A stretch of DNA of 64,000 bases, taken from Ranitomeya imitator (lineage: Eukaryota). A program made the translations under genes and the position numbers. The notes under the pieces were generated by a model. The model was not told the origin of the DNA, ran no database searches, and was given only the letters and a program-made list of their open reading frames with translations. Each line of letters starts with the position of its first letter. The first letter of the stretch is position 1. Positions 12,850-26,212 of the stretch are shown here, one piece after another. The DNA is taken from contig NC_091287.1 in assembly GCF_032444005.1 (NCBI RefSeq), forward strand, positions 246,264,001 to 246,328,000. Direction: 5' to 3'.

Positions 12850-13649
12850 GCTCTTCTCCTGCCGGCCGGCAGATGGAGACAGATGGCGGGCACACTGCAC
12901 ATGCGGCCCGCCATTTTCTTTTGCCCAGAAGATGCCGGCGGCCAGGAGGAGCAGCAGGAGGATCCACGGACACAGGTGAGTATTGTAGGGTCCCCGAATC
13001 CCCCTATTTCTCTGTCCTCTGATGTGCGATCACATCAGAGGACAGAGAATTACACTTAGTTTTTTTTTTTGCGGTCGCCGGTAAACAGTTAATTACCGGC
13101 GATTGCAAAACAGGAGTCGCTAAAACCGACCCCCGATCATGTTCTTTGGGGTCTCGGCTATCCCCGGCAGCCGAGACCCCAAAGATTCTAGCGGGGCCGG
13201 CGGGCGCACTGCGCATGCGCCCGCCATTTTCAAGATGGCGGCGCCCACCGGGAGCCACGAGGAGCATCGGGGGAGATAGGTAAGTATTGGGGGCTACCTG
13301 GGACCCCTTTTCTCTATCCTCCGATGTGCGATCACATCGGAGGATAGAGAAATTAAAGAGAGATCGCGGTTTTTTTTTTTTTGCGATCGCCGGTAAACGG
13401 TTAATTACCGGCGATCGCAAATGCGGGGTGGTTAATTACCGGCGATCGCAAATGCGGGGTGGGTTAAAACCCCCCCGAATCATGTTCTCTGGGGTCTCGG
13501 CTACCCCCGGCAGCCGAGACCCCGGAGAAAATCCGACTCTGGGGGGCGCTATTTACTTTTTCCACAGCGCCGTTAATTAACGGCGCTGTGGTTTAAGTAC
13601 CCTTAGCGGCCGCCGTTAAAAGGCGTATCGGCGGTCGCTAAGGGGTTAA

Positions 13650-14373
13650 ACAATACAAGTCATAACTGGTACAGGAGGAGAGAGGACCCTGCCCGCGAAG
13701 GCTCAAAATCTACAAGGGATGGGTGAGAATACAGTAGGCGAGGGTAGAGCTGGTCATGCAGCGGTTTCGTCGATCGGTGGTTACTGCAGGTTGTAGGCTT
13801 GTCTGAATAGGTGGGTCTTCAGGTTCTTTTTGGAGGTTTCGATGGTAGGTGAGAGTCTGATATGTTGGGGTAAAGGGTTCCAGAGTAGGGCTGATACGCG
13901 AGAGAAATCTTGTATACGATTGTGGGAAGAGAAGATAAGAGGGGAGTAGAGAAGGAGGTCTTGTGAGGATCGGAGGTTGCGTGTAGGTAAGTACCGGGAG
14001 ACGAGGTCACAGATGTATGGAGGAGACAGTTTGTGGATGGCTTTGTACGTCATGGTTAGGGTTTTGCACTGGAGTCTCTGGGCAATGGGGAGCCAGTGAA
14101 GGGATTGACAGAGGGGAGAAGCTGGGGAATAGCGGGGGGACAGGTGGATTAGTCAGGCAGCAGAGTTTAGAATAGATTGGAGGGGTGCGAGAGTGTTAGA
14201 GGGGAGGCCACAGAGCAGGAGGTTGCAGTAGTCAAAGCGAGAGATGATGAGGGCATGGACTAGGGTTTTTGCAGATTCTTGGTTGAGGAATGAACGGATT
14301 AGTGAAATATTTTTGAGTTGAAGTCGGCAGGAAGTGGAAAGGGCTTGGATATGTGGTTTGAAGGAGAGATCAG
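13650..14373 (-). mobile_element. 5'-truncated L2 LINE, ORF2 C-terminus
   Basis: ORF 13781-14053 (TYKAIHKLSPPYICDLVSRYLPTRNLRSSQDLLL...LKTHLFRQAYNLQ*) matches the typical L2 ORF2 end. Confidence 0.85.
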
Positions 14374-14374
14374 A

Positions 14375-15357
14375 ATGGAATATTTCAGTTGCAAATCTTT
14401 ATTCATTACATAGTGGAATGTGTTGAGAACAAGAAAACATAAAAATGATCAATGTAAATCAAAATTAATATCCCATGGAGGTCTGGATCTGGAATGATAC
14501 TCAAAATCAAAGTGGAAAATCAAATCACAGGTTGATCGAACTTGCCTCAAGACAAAGAAATGATATTCAGTTGTGTGTGTGTTGCTTCCATGTGCCTGTA
14601 TGACCTCCCTACAACACCTTGGCATGCTCCTGATGAGGTGGCAGATGGTCTCCTGAGGGATCTCCTCCCAGACCTGGACTAAAGAATCCGCCAACTCCTG
14701 GACAGTCTGTGGTACAACGTAATGTTGGTGGAAGGTGCGAGACCTGAAGTCCCAGATGTGTTCAATTGGATTCAGGTCTGGGGAACGGGTGGGTCAGTAC
14801 ATAGCTTCGATGCCTTCATTTTGCAGGAACTGCTGACACACTCGAGCCACATGAGGTCTGACATTGCCCTGCATTAGGAGGAACCCAGGGCCAACTGCAC
14901 CAGCATATGGTCTCACAAGGGGTCTGAGGATCTCATCTCAGTACCTAATGGCAGTCAGGCTACCTCTGATGAGCACATGGAGGGCTGTGCGGCCCTCCAA
15001 AGAAATGCCACCCCACACCATTACTGACCCACTGCCAAACCGGTGATGCTGAAGGCATGCAGGCAGCATGATCGCTCTCCATGGCGTCTCCAGACTCTGT
15101 CACTTCTGTCACATGTGCTCAGTGTGAACCTGCTTTCATCTGTGAAGAGCACAGGGCGCCAGAGGCGAATTTGCCAATCCTGGTGTTCTGTGGCAAATGC
15201 ACTCAGGCTACTCAGACCATCCTCATGGAGTCGGTTTCTAACCGTTTGTGCAGACCTCCTGCTGGAGGTCATTTTACAGGGCTCTGGCAGTGCTCCTCCT
15301 GTTCCTCCTTGCACAAAGGCTGAGGTAGCGGTTGCCTTTATTTTTTTGAGCAGTGTG
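14375..15357 (-). mobile_element. Degraded Tc1-like element
   Basis: Minus-strand fragments RPVLFTDESRFTLSTCDR and QVWEEIPQETICHLIRSMPR; terminus CACTGCTCAAAAAAATAAAGG. Confidence 0.75.
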
Positions 15358-15367
15358 TGTGTATGTG

Positions 15368-15417
<50 letters not shown>

Positions 15418-15762
15418 AGCGTTTCCCTTACTTCGGGTCTTGGGGGACACTCGCTTTGCACGGGAATAACGCATACAGGCACGATTTTTCACACAGATTA
15501 AGTCAGTTCCGGTTTATTAAAGCATCATAAACCACACCGTAAGCCAGGTTACACACAGTCTGTTACTTTAACACGTGTGGCTTTACAAAACATTCGGTAG
15601 TCACGTTTTTTCTCTCCATTACAGTTCATTACATGCATCAATGAAACATATTAAACCCTGACAGTCTGTTCCAATGGCAGATACCTCTCTACCGTATATT
15701 ACAGGTTTTTCCCATACCAGGGGTTACCTCTCAGGAGCTTCGGCTCCACACACTGACTCCTG

Positions 15763-18700
15763 TGTTATGTTTGCTAATGACAGGTGTTATGAAGACAATC
15801 CAGAAACACGGTGTGCTTAGCGATCAGAGCGCACACAGTGATCTGACAAATACCCAAAAATACAAGAACGAGCTCTGAGACGTGGAAACTCTGTAGACTG
15901 CACACCTGATCCTATCCTAAACACAACTAAAAGCGGCTGTGGATTGCGCCTAACAACTACCTAGGCAACTCGGCACAGCCTAAGAAACTAGCTAGCCTGA
16001 AGATAGAAAAATAGGCCTGACTTGCCCCAGAGAAATTCCCCAAAGGAAAAGGCAGCCCCCCACATATAATGACTGTGAGTAAGATGAAAAGACAAAACGT
16101 AGGGATGAAATAGATTCAGCAAAGTGGGGCCCGATATTCTAGGACAGAGCGAGGACAGTAAAGCGAACTTTGCAGTCTACAAAAAACCCTAAAGCAAAAC
16201 CACGCAAAGGGGGCAAAAAAAACACCCACCGTGCCGAACTAACGGCACGGCGGTACACCCTTTGCGTCTCAGAGCTTCCAGCAAAACAAAAGACAAGCTG
16301 GACAGAAAAAAAAGCAACAAAAAAGCAAAAAGCACTTAGCTATACAGAGCAGCAGGTCACAGGAACAATCAGGAGAAGCTCAGATCCAACACTGAAACAT
16401 TGACAAGGAGCAAGGATAGCAGCATCAGGCGGAGTTAAGTAATGAAGCAGTTAACGAGCTCACCAGAACACCTGAGGGAGGAAGCTCAGAAGCTGCAGTA
16501 CCACTTGTGACCACAGGAGTGAATTCAGCCACAGAATTCACAACAGTACCCCCCCCTTGAGGAGGGGTCACCGAACCCTCACCAGAGCCCCCAGGCCGAC
16601 CAGGATGAGCCGCATGAAAGGCACGAACAAGATCGGAAGCATGAACATCAGAGGCAAAAACCCAGGAATTATCTTCCTGAGCATAACCCTTCCATTTAAC
16701 CAGATACTGGAGTTTCCGTCTAGAAACACGAGAATCCAAAATCTTCTCCACAATATACTCCAATTCCCCCTCCACCAAAACCGGGGCAGGAGGCTCAACA
16801 GATGGAACCATAGGTGCCACGTATCTCCGCAACAACGACCTATGGAATACATTATGTATGGAAAAGGAGTCTGGGAGGGTCAAACGAAAAGACACAGGAT
16901 TGAGAACCTCAGAAATCCTATACGGACCAATAAAACGAGGTTTAAATTTAGGAGAGGAAACCTTCATAGGAATATGACGAGAAGATAACCAAACCAGATC
17001 CCCAACACGAAGTCAGGGACCCACACGGCGTCTGCGATTAGCGAAAAGTTGAGCTTTCTCCTGGGACAAGATCAAATTGTCCACTACCTGAGTCCAGATC
17101 TGCTGCAACCTATCCACCACAGAATCCACACCAGGACAGTCCGAAGACTCAACCTGTCCTGAAGAGAAACGAGGATGGAACCCAGAATTGCAAAAAAATG
17201 GAGAAACCAAGGTAGCCGAGCTGGCCCGATTATTAAGGGCGAACTCAGCCAACGGCAAAAAGGACACCCAATCATCCTGGTCTGCAGAAACAAAACATCT
17301 CAGATATGTTTCCAAGGTCTGATTGGTTCGTTCGGTCTGGCCATTAGTCTGAGGATGGAAAGCCGAGGAAAAGGATAGGTCAATGCCCATCCTACCACAA
17401 AAGGCTCGCCAGAACCTTGAAACAAACTGGGAACCTCTGTCAGAAACAATATTCTCAGGAATGCCATGCAACCGAACCACATGCTGAAAGAACAAAGGTA
17501 CCAAATCAGAGGAGGAAGGCAATTTAGCCAAGGGCACCAGATGGACCATTTTAGAAAAGCGATCACAGACCACCCAAATGACTGACATCTTTTGAGAAAC
17601 GGGAAGGTCAGAAATGAAATCCATCGAAATATGTGTCCAAGGCCTCTTTGGGACCGGCAAGGGCAAAAGCAACCCACTGGCACGAGAACAGCAGGGCTTA
17701 GCCCTAGCACAAATCCCACAGGACTGCACAAAAGTACGTACATCCCGTGACAGAGATGGCCACCAGAAGGATCTAGCCACTAACTCTCTGGTACCAAAGA
17801 TTCCAGGATGACCAGCCAACACCGAACAATGAAGTTCAGAGATAAGTTTATTAGTCCACCTATCAGGGACGAACAGTTTCTCTGCTGGACAACGATCAGG
17901 TTTATTCGCCTGAAATTTTTGCAGCACCCGCCGCAAATCAGGGGAGATGGCAGACACAATGACTCCTTCCTTGAGGATACCCGCTGGCTCAGATAAACCC
18001 GGAGAGTCGGGCACAAAACTCCTAGACAGAGCATCCGCCTTCACATTTTTAGAGCCCGGAAGGTACGAAATCACAAAGTCGAAGCGGGCAAAAAATAACG
18101 ACCAACGGGCATGTCTAGGATTCAAGCGCTTGGCAGACTCGAGATAAGTCAAGTTCTTATGATCAGTCAATACCACCACGCGATGCTTAGCTCCTTCAAG
18201 CCAATGACGCCACTCCTCGAATGCCCACTTCATGGCCAGCAACTCTCGATTGCCCACATCATAATTACGCTCAGCGGGCGAAAAGTTCCTGGAAAAGAAA
18301 GCACATGGTTTCATCACTGAGCAATCAGAACCTCTCTGTGACAAAACCACCCCTGCTCCAATCTCAGAAGCATCAACCTCGACCTGGAACGGAAGAGAAA
18401 CATCTGGCTGACACAACACAGGGGCAGAACAAAAACGACGCTTCAACTCCTGAAAAGCTTCCACAGCAGCAGAAGACCAATTAACCAAATCAGCACCCTT
18501 CTTGGTCAAATCGGTCAATGGTTTGGCAATGCTAGAAAAATTACAGATGAAGCGACGATAAAAATTAGCAAAGCCCAGGAATTTTTGCAGACTTTTCAGA
18601 GATGTCGGCTGAATCCAATCCTGGATGGCTTGGACCTTAACTGGATCCATCTCGATAGTAGAAGGGGTAAAGATGAACCCCAAAAATGAAACTTTCTGCA

Positions 18701-21528
18701 CACCGAAGAGACACTTTGATCCCTTCACAAACAAAGAGTTAGCACGCAGGACCTGAAAAACCATTCTGACCTGCTTCACATGAGACTCCCAATCATCTGA
18801 GAAGATCAAAATGTCATCCAAGTAAACAATCAGGAATTTATCCAGATACTCACGGAAGATGTCATGCATAAAAGACTGAAACACAGATGGAGCATTGGCA
18901 AGTCCGAACGGCATCACTAGATACTCAAAATGACCCTCGGGCGTATTGAATGCAGTTTTCCATTCATCTCCTTGCCTGATTCTCACCAGATTATACGCAC
19001 CACGAAGATCTATCTTAGTGAACCAACTAGCCCCCTTAATCCGAGCAAACAAGTCAGATAACAATGGCAAGGGATACTGAAATTTAACAGTGATCTTATT
19101 AAGAAGGCGGTAATCAATACACGGTCTCAGCGAACCATCCTTCTTGGCTACAAAGAAGAACCCTGCTCCCAGTGGTGATGACGATGGGCGAATATGTCCC
19201 TTCTCCAGGGATTCCTTCACATAACTGCGCATAGCGGCGTGTTCGGGCACGGATAAATTAAATAATCGACCTTTAGGGAATTTACTACCAGGAATCAAAT
19301 TGATAGCACAATCACAATCCCTATGCGGAGGTAGAGCATCGGACTTGGGCTCTTCAAATACATCCTGATAATCAGACAAGAACTCTGGGACCTCAGAAGG
19401 GGTGGATGACGAAATCGACAAAAATGGAACATCACCATGTACCCCCTGACAACCCCAGCTGGATACCGACATGGAATTCCAATCCAATACTGGATTATGG
19501 GTTTGTAGCCATGGCAACCCCAACACGACCACATCATGCAGATTATGCAACACCAGAAAGCGAATAACTTCCTGATGTGCAGGAGCCATGCACATGGTCA
19601 GCTGGGCCCAGTATTGAGGTTTATTCTTGGCCAAAGGTGTAGCATCAATTCCTCTCAATGGAATAGGACACCGCAAAGGCTCCAAGAAAAACCCACAACG
19701 TTTAGCATAATCCAAATCCATCAGATTCAGGGCAGCGCCCGAATCCACAAACGCCATGACAGAAAACGACGACAAAGAGCATATCAAGGTAATGGACAGA
19801 AGGAATTTGGACTGTACAGTACCAATGACGGCAGACCTAGCGGACCGCTTAGTGTGCTTAGGACAATCAGAAATAGCATGAGTGGAATCACCACAGTAGA
19901 AACACAGACCATTCAGACGTCTGTATTCCTGCCGTTCAACTCTAGTCATAGTCCTATCGCACTGCATAGGCTCAGGTTTAACCTCAGGCAGTACCGCCAA
20001 ATGGTGCACAGATTTACGCTCGCGCAAGCGTCGACCGATCTGAATGGCCAAAGACAAAGACTCATTCAAACCAGCAGGCATAGGAAATCCCACCATGACA
20101 TCCTTAAGAGCCTCAGAGAGACCCTTTCTGAACAAAGCTGCCAGCGCAGATTCATTCCACTGAGTGAGTACTGACCATTTCCTAAACTTCTGACAATATA
20201 CTTCTATATCATCCTGACCCTGGCACAAAGCCAGCAAATTTTTCTCAGCCTGATCCACTGAATTAGGCTCATCGTACAGCAATCCGAGCGCCAGGAAAAA
20301 CGCATCGACACTACTCAATGCAGGGTCTCCTGGCGCAAGAGAAAATGCCCAGTCTTGAGGGTCGCCGCGCAAAAAAGAAATAATAATCAAAACCTGTTGA
20401 ATAGGATTACCAGAAGAATGAGGTTTCAAGGCCAGAAATAGCTTACAATTATTTTTGAAACTTAGAAACTTACTTCTATCTCCAAAAAACAAATCAGGAA
20501 TAGGAATTCTTGGTTCTAACATAGATTTCTGATCAATAGTATCTTGAATTTTTTGTACATCTATAACGAGATTATCCATTGAAGAGCACAGACCCTGAAT
20601 ATCCATGTCCACACCTGTGTCCAGAATCACCCAAATGTCTAGGGGAAAAAAAAAAATGAACACAGAGCAGAAAAAAAAAAAAAAAAAATGATGTCAGAAC
20701 TTTTTCTTTCCCTCTATTGAGAATCATTAGTTTGGGCTCCTTGTACTGTTATGTTTGCTAATGACAGGTGTTATGAAGGCAATCCAGAAACACAGTGTGC
20801 TTAGCGATCAGAGCGCACACAGTGATCTGACAAATACCCAAAAATACAAGAACGAGCTCTGAGACGTGGAAACTCTGTAGACTGCACACCTGATCCTATC
20901 CTAAACACAACTAAAAGCGGCTGTGGATTGCGCCTAACAACTACCTAGGCAACTCGGCACAGCCTAAGAAACTAGCTAGCCTGAAGATAGAAAAATAGGC
21001 CTGACTTGCCCCAGAGAAATTCCCCAAAGGAAAAGGCAGCCCCCCACATATAATGACTGTGAGTAAGATGAAAAGACAAAACGTAGGGATGAAATAGATT
21101 CAGCAAAGTGGGGCCCGATATTCTAGGACAGAGCGAGGACAGTAAAGAGAACTTTGCAGTCTACAAAAAACCCTAAAGCAAAACCACGCAAAGGGGGCAA
21201 AAAAAAACCCACCGTGCCGAACTAACGGCACGGCGGTACACCCTTTGCGTCTCAGAGCTTCCAGCAAAACAAAAGACAAGCTGGACAGAAAAAAAAGCAA
21301 CAAAAAAGCAAAAAGCACTTAGCTATACAGAGCAGCAGGTCACAGGAACAATCAAAAGAAGCTCAGATCCAACACTGAAACATTGACAAGGAGCAAGGAT
21401 AGCAGCATCAGGCGGAGTTAAGTAATGAAGCAGTTAACGAGCTCACCAGAACACCTGAGGGAGGAAGCTCAGAAGCTGCAGTACCACTTGTGACCACAGG
21501 AGTGAATTCAGCCACAGAATTCACAACA
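15763..21528 (-). mobile_element. Full-length Gypsy LTR retrotransposon 1 (chromodomain-bearing, Tf1/sushi-like)
   Basis: LTRs at 15763-16545 and 20747-21528 (TG...CA, about 5 differences); 6 bp TSD CTCCTG; polypurine tract next to 16546. Confidence 0.97.
16425..20663 (-). CDS. Gag-Pol polyprotein of Gypsy element 1, with one in-frame nonsense codon at 17013-17015
   Basis: CFYCGDSTHAISDC zinc knuckle, FVDSGA protease, YLDD RT, RNase H, integrase (ISMDFI/VSDRG/GQTE). The chromodomain YIVEKILDSR...YLVKWKGY...SW lies in the same frame after the stop. Confidence 0.93.
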
Positions 21529-22363
21529 CTCCTGCCAGTGCTGGTTCACAGGGAAACTGCCTCACTGGGATCACCATCCTTGTGTCCAGGGCCCTCGGAT
21601 AGTCCAGACCCACAGTAGGAACTATAGCTTCCCTAACACAGAAACCATCTCAGGCTCTGTAGATGCAGCCTTTCCATGCGCTTCCGGAAGTCCTATCACA
21701 GGCACTTCCAACACACAGGCTATCAGTCCATGATCTTACCAAGTGCTTACAGGACTCCAGTCCATCCGAGGACAATCCAACACTCTGACCATTCCAGGAC
21801 TCACACTCTTACCAGGTGCTTGCAGGACTCCAGTCCCAGGACAATCCAACACCCTCGAGCATTCAGTCCATAGCCTCAGCAGTGCTTCCAGGACTCCAGC
21901 CCTCTTCAGGACAATCCAACACTGACCGTCCACTAGGTCCACGGTCTCGGGTGCTCCCAGGACTTCTCCAATGCCAGGAGACTCCAACACCGACCATCCA
22001 GGACCTTGCACATGGAACAAACAGATCCATACACAGGAACCATGTGACCAACACCCTGGTCACATTACATACCTGTAACCACTCCCCTGGGTGGGAGTGT
22101 GGGTGTGTGTGGCTAGTTTGACCCTCCAATCTCTCATAACTAGCCCTGCCAGTCTCCCATTAGAACTACACCATTACTTGTGGGACTGCAGGTCCCAGAA
22201 CACCAACCAAACTTCAGACTGACAGCGCAGAGTGTCTTCCTCTGCAACACACACACCACCCATTTACAGTCCTGCCGGACTTTGTCTCATCACATTTATG
22301 CCTCAAAGCGCATCTTGAAGCGCACACACAGCGCCCCCTGGCTGTAACGTGGGCCACTGCACC

Positions 22364-22366
<3 letters not shown>

Positions 22367-22400
<34 letters not shown>
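22367..22400. repeat. (TA)n microsatellite
   Basis: Direct reading. Its other half is at 15372-15414. Confidence 0.95.
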
Positions 22401-22403
<3 letters not shown>

Positions 22404-22538
22404 ACATGACCCAACAGTCAGATTATTGGATTATATGGAGTTTTGAATGTTAAACATAGGCTATATTTAAAAGAGTGCGACTCTCTACACTCCTTTTCTA
22501 GTTCTTGGAAACATCAACCCCTGGGTAAATTTAATGGT

Positions 22539-22816
22539 AAGGGGGTGGTCTGGCCTTAGACTACAAGTCTGCAGTCACTCTTTACATCATGCCCACATTC
22601 TGACTAGTCTGTGTTCACCTCACTCATTACACTTGCATTGAGTGAGGCTGTGTCTAGCTAGTCGGCACGTGACCGCATATATGGAAATCATATACTTGCA
22701 GCCAAGCGCCCGCCGCTCCCTTTACCGGATGTGAGGATCCTTGCGATGTGAAGATTCTCAAGTCTGCAGTCACATAGAGTGACTGCAGATTTGCAGCCTA
22801 AGGCCAGACAACTCCT
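22539..22816. mobile_element. Kolobok/T2-type MITE
   Basis: Imperfect TIRs of about 40 bp: agggggtggtctggccttagactacaagtctgcagtcactct and agagtgactgcagatttgcagcctaaggccagacaactcct|ttaa. Confidence 0.65.
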
Positions 22817-25800
22817 TTAATCTAGTGTTAGAACTATTTTTGCTCACACTCACACGAACCCACTTTAACAATTAAGGGTGTGTGGATGAGTCAGGGAAAT
22901 AACTGTGCTGTGACTCGCACTGTGCACTTGTATACTTTTAGTCTTTTGATAGCTGAATTAACACTAACGAGTGATAGAGAGGAACAGAAGCTGTCACACA
23001 TCCTCAATATGAGTTATGGGTTGGGTAAGGTCATTTTAGGTAAAATCACAGACTATATCATTACACTGTATAAGTGAAGATGCAAAGCTCTTCCCTGCAT
23101 TGTTATTGGCAGCTTTGCAATTGTCTAATGAATACCAGTATTCAAAGTGTTCCAGCTCGCCATCTGATTTATATAAGGTTATATTAAAACAGAGTGTAAA
23201 TATTTGAGATGTTTTTCACTGTGCCCATCAGAGATTGAAAGTCCTGACCTATGTACTCAGTAGAAAATTATTTCTATTTCACTTTACAATGTGCTGCAAT
23301 ATCTTATTCTTCAGTAAGCTGATTCAAGCTGTTGTTCTTGCTTTGTCCATGTTGACATGATGAGTACTTGGTGAGTTTTTGATGTTGAAGATTTTTCTGC
23401 ACCTATTATTTAAATCAGGTTGCTAACATTTTCTTTGTGTTTTGAGTGTTTTTTCACATGTGTTTTTATCACATTTTTAACGCTACATTTTTTCTTCTTT
23501 TTGCTATGTCATATGTTAAATAAAGCGACTTTGTTTTTGATACTTCCTGGTAATTGGATTTGGTAAAACTTTATTGATCCAGTCATGTGACATGTTTTTA
23601 GTGCGTTTCCACAGCAGAAATGCACTAAAAGACATATGTGTTCTTTACCTATTGATTTTCAACATCTAATGGAATTCTCTGATGAAAATCTGTACATAAT
23701 ACTTAGCGTACCCGCAAGAGACATTAAAATTTTGTGACTTTCAAACGCTCACCGCAAGCCAGTTTACGATGCGCAAAAAAACAAAACACTACGGGCATGA
23801 GATTTCTATAAATTCCCTCCACTTTGCTGGAATTGTAAGATGCTGTGTTCTTTGTGCAGCGAAAATATGCAGCATCAAAATTGCACCAAAAAACTCCGCT
23901 TGGGAACTTAACCTAAGACCGGGGTCACTCTACCGTAGAATACAGACGAGTGCTATACGAGAAAATATTGAATAGCACTCGGACCAGTGTTAATCTATGG
24001 GGCAGCTCACATCACCTTATTTTTTCTCGGGTGTATTCGACATGCTTGTGAAATTGCAGCATGAAGTGAGAAGATTGATTGGAGTTCATACCCAATGAAC
24101 TCTGCATACCTCACTGATGTCAGAGCGAGCATGTGCATTTTCTCACATCTCTTGTGCTGACGTCAATGAGGTGAAAGCAGTTCATTGGGTATGAACTCTC
24201 GCTCAACTTTCTCACATCACCACGAGGCACTGAGCTGCACTAGAATACGCAGCTTAGTTTCTCTCTTGGCTAGTAGGCTGAACGTTCGCATTATGCAAGC
24301 GTTCAGCTTGCCAAGTAGATGTCTAGACTCATCAATGGACAATTGGATTATTATCTTCTTGTTGGAGAAGTGAGGAATAAGGTTGTTTATTCATTTTAAA
24401 CTTTAACAGGGGACATGGTATTCAGTGGATTAGGCATCAAGGTGAGTATATATATATACTTTTGTTTAAGTTAAAATAAAGGTGTCAGTGTCTTTATTTC
24501 AGTTAAATGACTATATTATTGGTGTTTTTTTATTTACACTATGATTAAGGTGTTAGCAATGGGAGCAAGTGGGAGGAGCAGAGGCTAAGTGCCAGAATTG
24601 GCGCATATTAAAGATGCACCTTATCTGAGGCAGCTGAGAATTGATGATTAGTCTGGGAGGGAGCCAATATCCATGGCCCTTTCCTTAGCTATTAATATCA
24701 GCCCGCAGCTGTCTGCCTAGCCTTTTCTGTTTATTAATTATAGGGGGTCCTTTTTTTGGAGGGTCCCCCTTTTTAATAACCAGTGAAGGCTAATTATACA
24801 GCTGTGAGCTGATATTAATAGCCTGGGAAGCTCCATGTGAGTTAACCCCTTCCCAGGCTATAAACATCAGCCCCAAGCAGTCCTTTCCCTCTGCTGATTA
24901 ATAAAATTTCTGGGGATCCCACACCATTTTTTCAGATATTTATTTAATAATTAAATACATGTACAGTAAGCTGCACACACACTGTACTAATTATATATGT
25001 CACAAACATCTTTATAACTATCTATTCTATGTATATACAGATGCTTCTCAAAAAATTAGAATTTCATCAAAAAGTTAATTTATTTCAGTTTTTCAATGCA
25101 AAAAGTGAAACTCATATTATATAGCGTCATTAGAAACAGAGCGATCTATTTCAAGTGTTTATTTCTGTTTATGTTGATGATTATGGCTTACAGCCAATGA
25201 AAACCCAAAAGTTAGTATCTCAGTAAATTAGAATGATTAAAACAAAAACACCTTCAAAGGCTACCTAAGCATTTAAATAGGTCCCTTAGTCTGTCTCAGT
25301 AGGCTCCACAATCATGGGGAAGACTACTGACGTGACAGATGTCCAGAAGCCAGTCGTTGACACAATCCGCAAGGAGGGTAAGCAACAAAAGGTCATTGCT
25401 AAAGAACCTGGCTGTTCACAGAGTGCTGTATCCAAGCATATTAATGGTAAGTTGAGTGGAAGGAAAAAGTGTGGTGGAAAAAGGTGCACAAGCAACCGGA
25501 ATAACTGCAGCCTTGAAAGGATTGTTAAGAAAAGGCCATTCAAAAATTTGAGGGGGATTCACAAGGAGTAGACTGCTGCTGGAGTCAGTGCTTCAAGAGC
25601 CACCACACTCAGATGTATCCAGGACATGGGCTACAAGTGTCGCATTCCTTCTGTCAAGCCACTCATGAGCAATAGATAACGCCAGAAGCGTCTTACCTGG
25701 GCCAAGGAGAAGAAGAACTGGACTGTTGCTCAGTCGTCCAAGGTGTTGTTTTCAGATGAAGGTAAATTTTGCATTTTATTTGGAAATCAAGGTCCCAGAA

Positions 25801-26212
25801 TCTGGAGGAAGAGTGGAGAGGCACACAATCCAAGCTGCTTAAGGTCTATTGTGACATTTCCACAATCAGTGATTGTTTGGGGAGCCATGTCATCTGCTGG
25901 TGTAGGTCCACTGTGTTTTTTCAAGACCAATGTCAGCACAGCCATCTACCAGGAAATTTTAGAGCACTCCATGCTTCCCTCTGCCGACAAGCTTTTTCGA
26001 GATGGAAATTTAATTCTCCAGCAGGACTTGGCGCATGTCCACACTGTCAAAAGCACCAATAGCTTGTTTAAAAGCAACAGTATCACTGAGCTTGATTGGT
26101 CAGCCAACTCTCTTGACCTTAACCTCATGGTGAATCTATTGTGTTTTGTCAAGAACAGGATGAGACACCAGACTCAACAATGCAGACGAGCTGAAGACTG
26201 CTATCAAAGCAA

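Larger units (their letters stand above)
8470..13645. mobile_element. Non-autonomous piggyBac-type DNA element (about 5.2 kb including an N gap) with an internal satellite
   Basis: TTAA|CCCCTTAGTGAC ... GTCGCTAAGGGG|TTAA (12 bp TIR, 1 mismatch, TTAA TSD). Removing it restores a continuous L2. No transposase ORF is seen. Confidence 0.85.
15415..22366. mobile_element. Probable solo LTR (about 1.2 kb net; 15415-15762 plus 21529-22366) inserted in a (TA)n tract and split by Gypsy element 1
   Basis: ATAT|TGTAGCG ... ACCACA|ATAT (TG...CA termini, (TA)n on both sides). Internal ccaggactccagtc...ggacaatccaacac repeats at 21740-21990. Confidence 0.6.

Noticed and set aside
11895-13059. Long ORFs (339 and 251 aa) in the ORF track
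   Set aside because: They run through the N gap and the CCCTAA array (LGLGLG...), so they are artefacts.
16557-20174. Antisense and alternate-frame ORFs overlapping gag-pol (also 34641-36110)
   Set aside because: They are shadows of the long pol ORF, and their lengths and stops differ between the two related elements.
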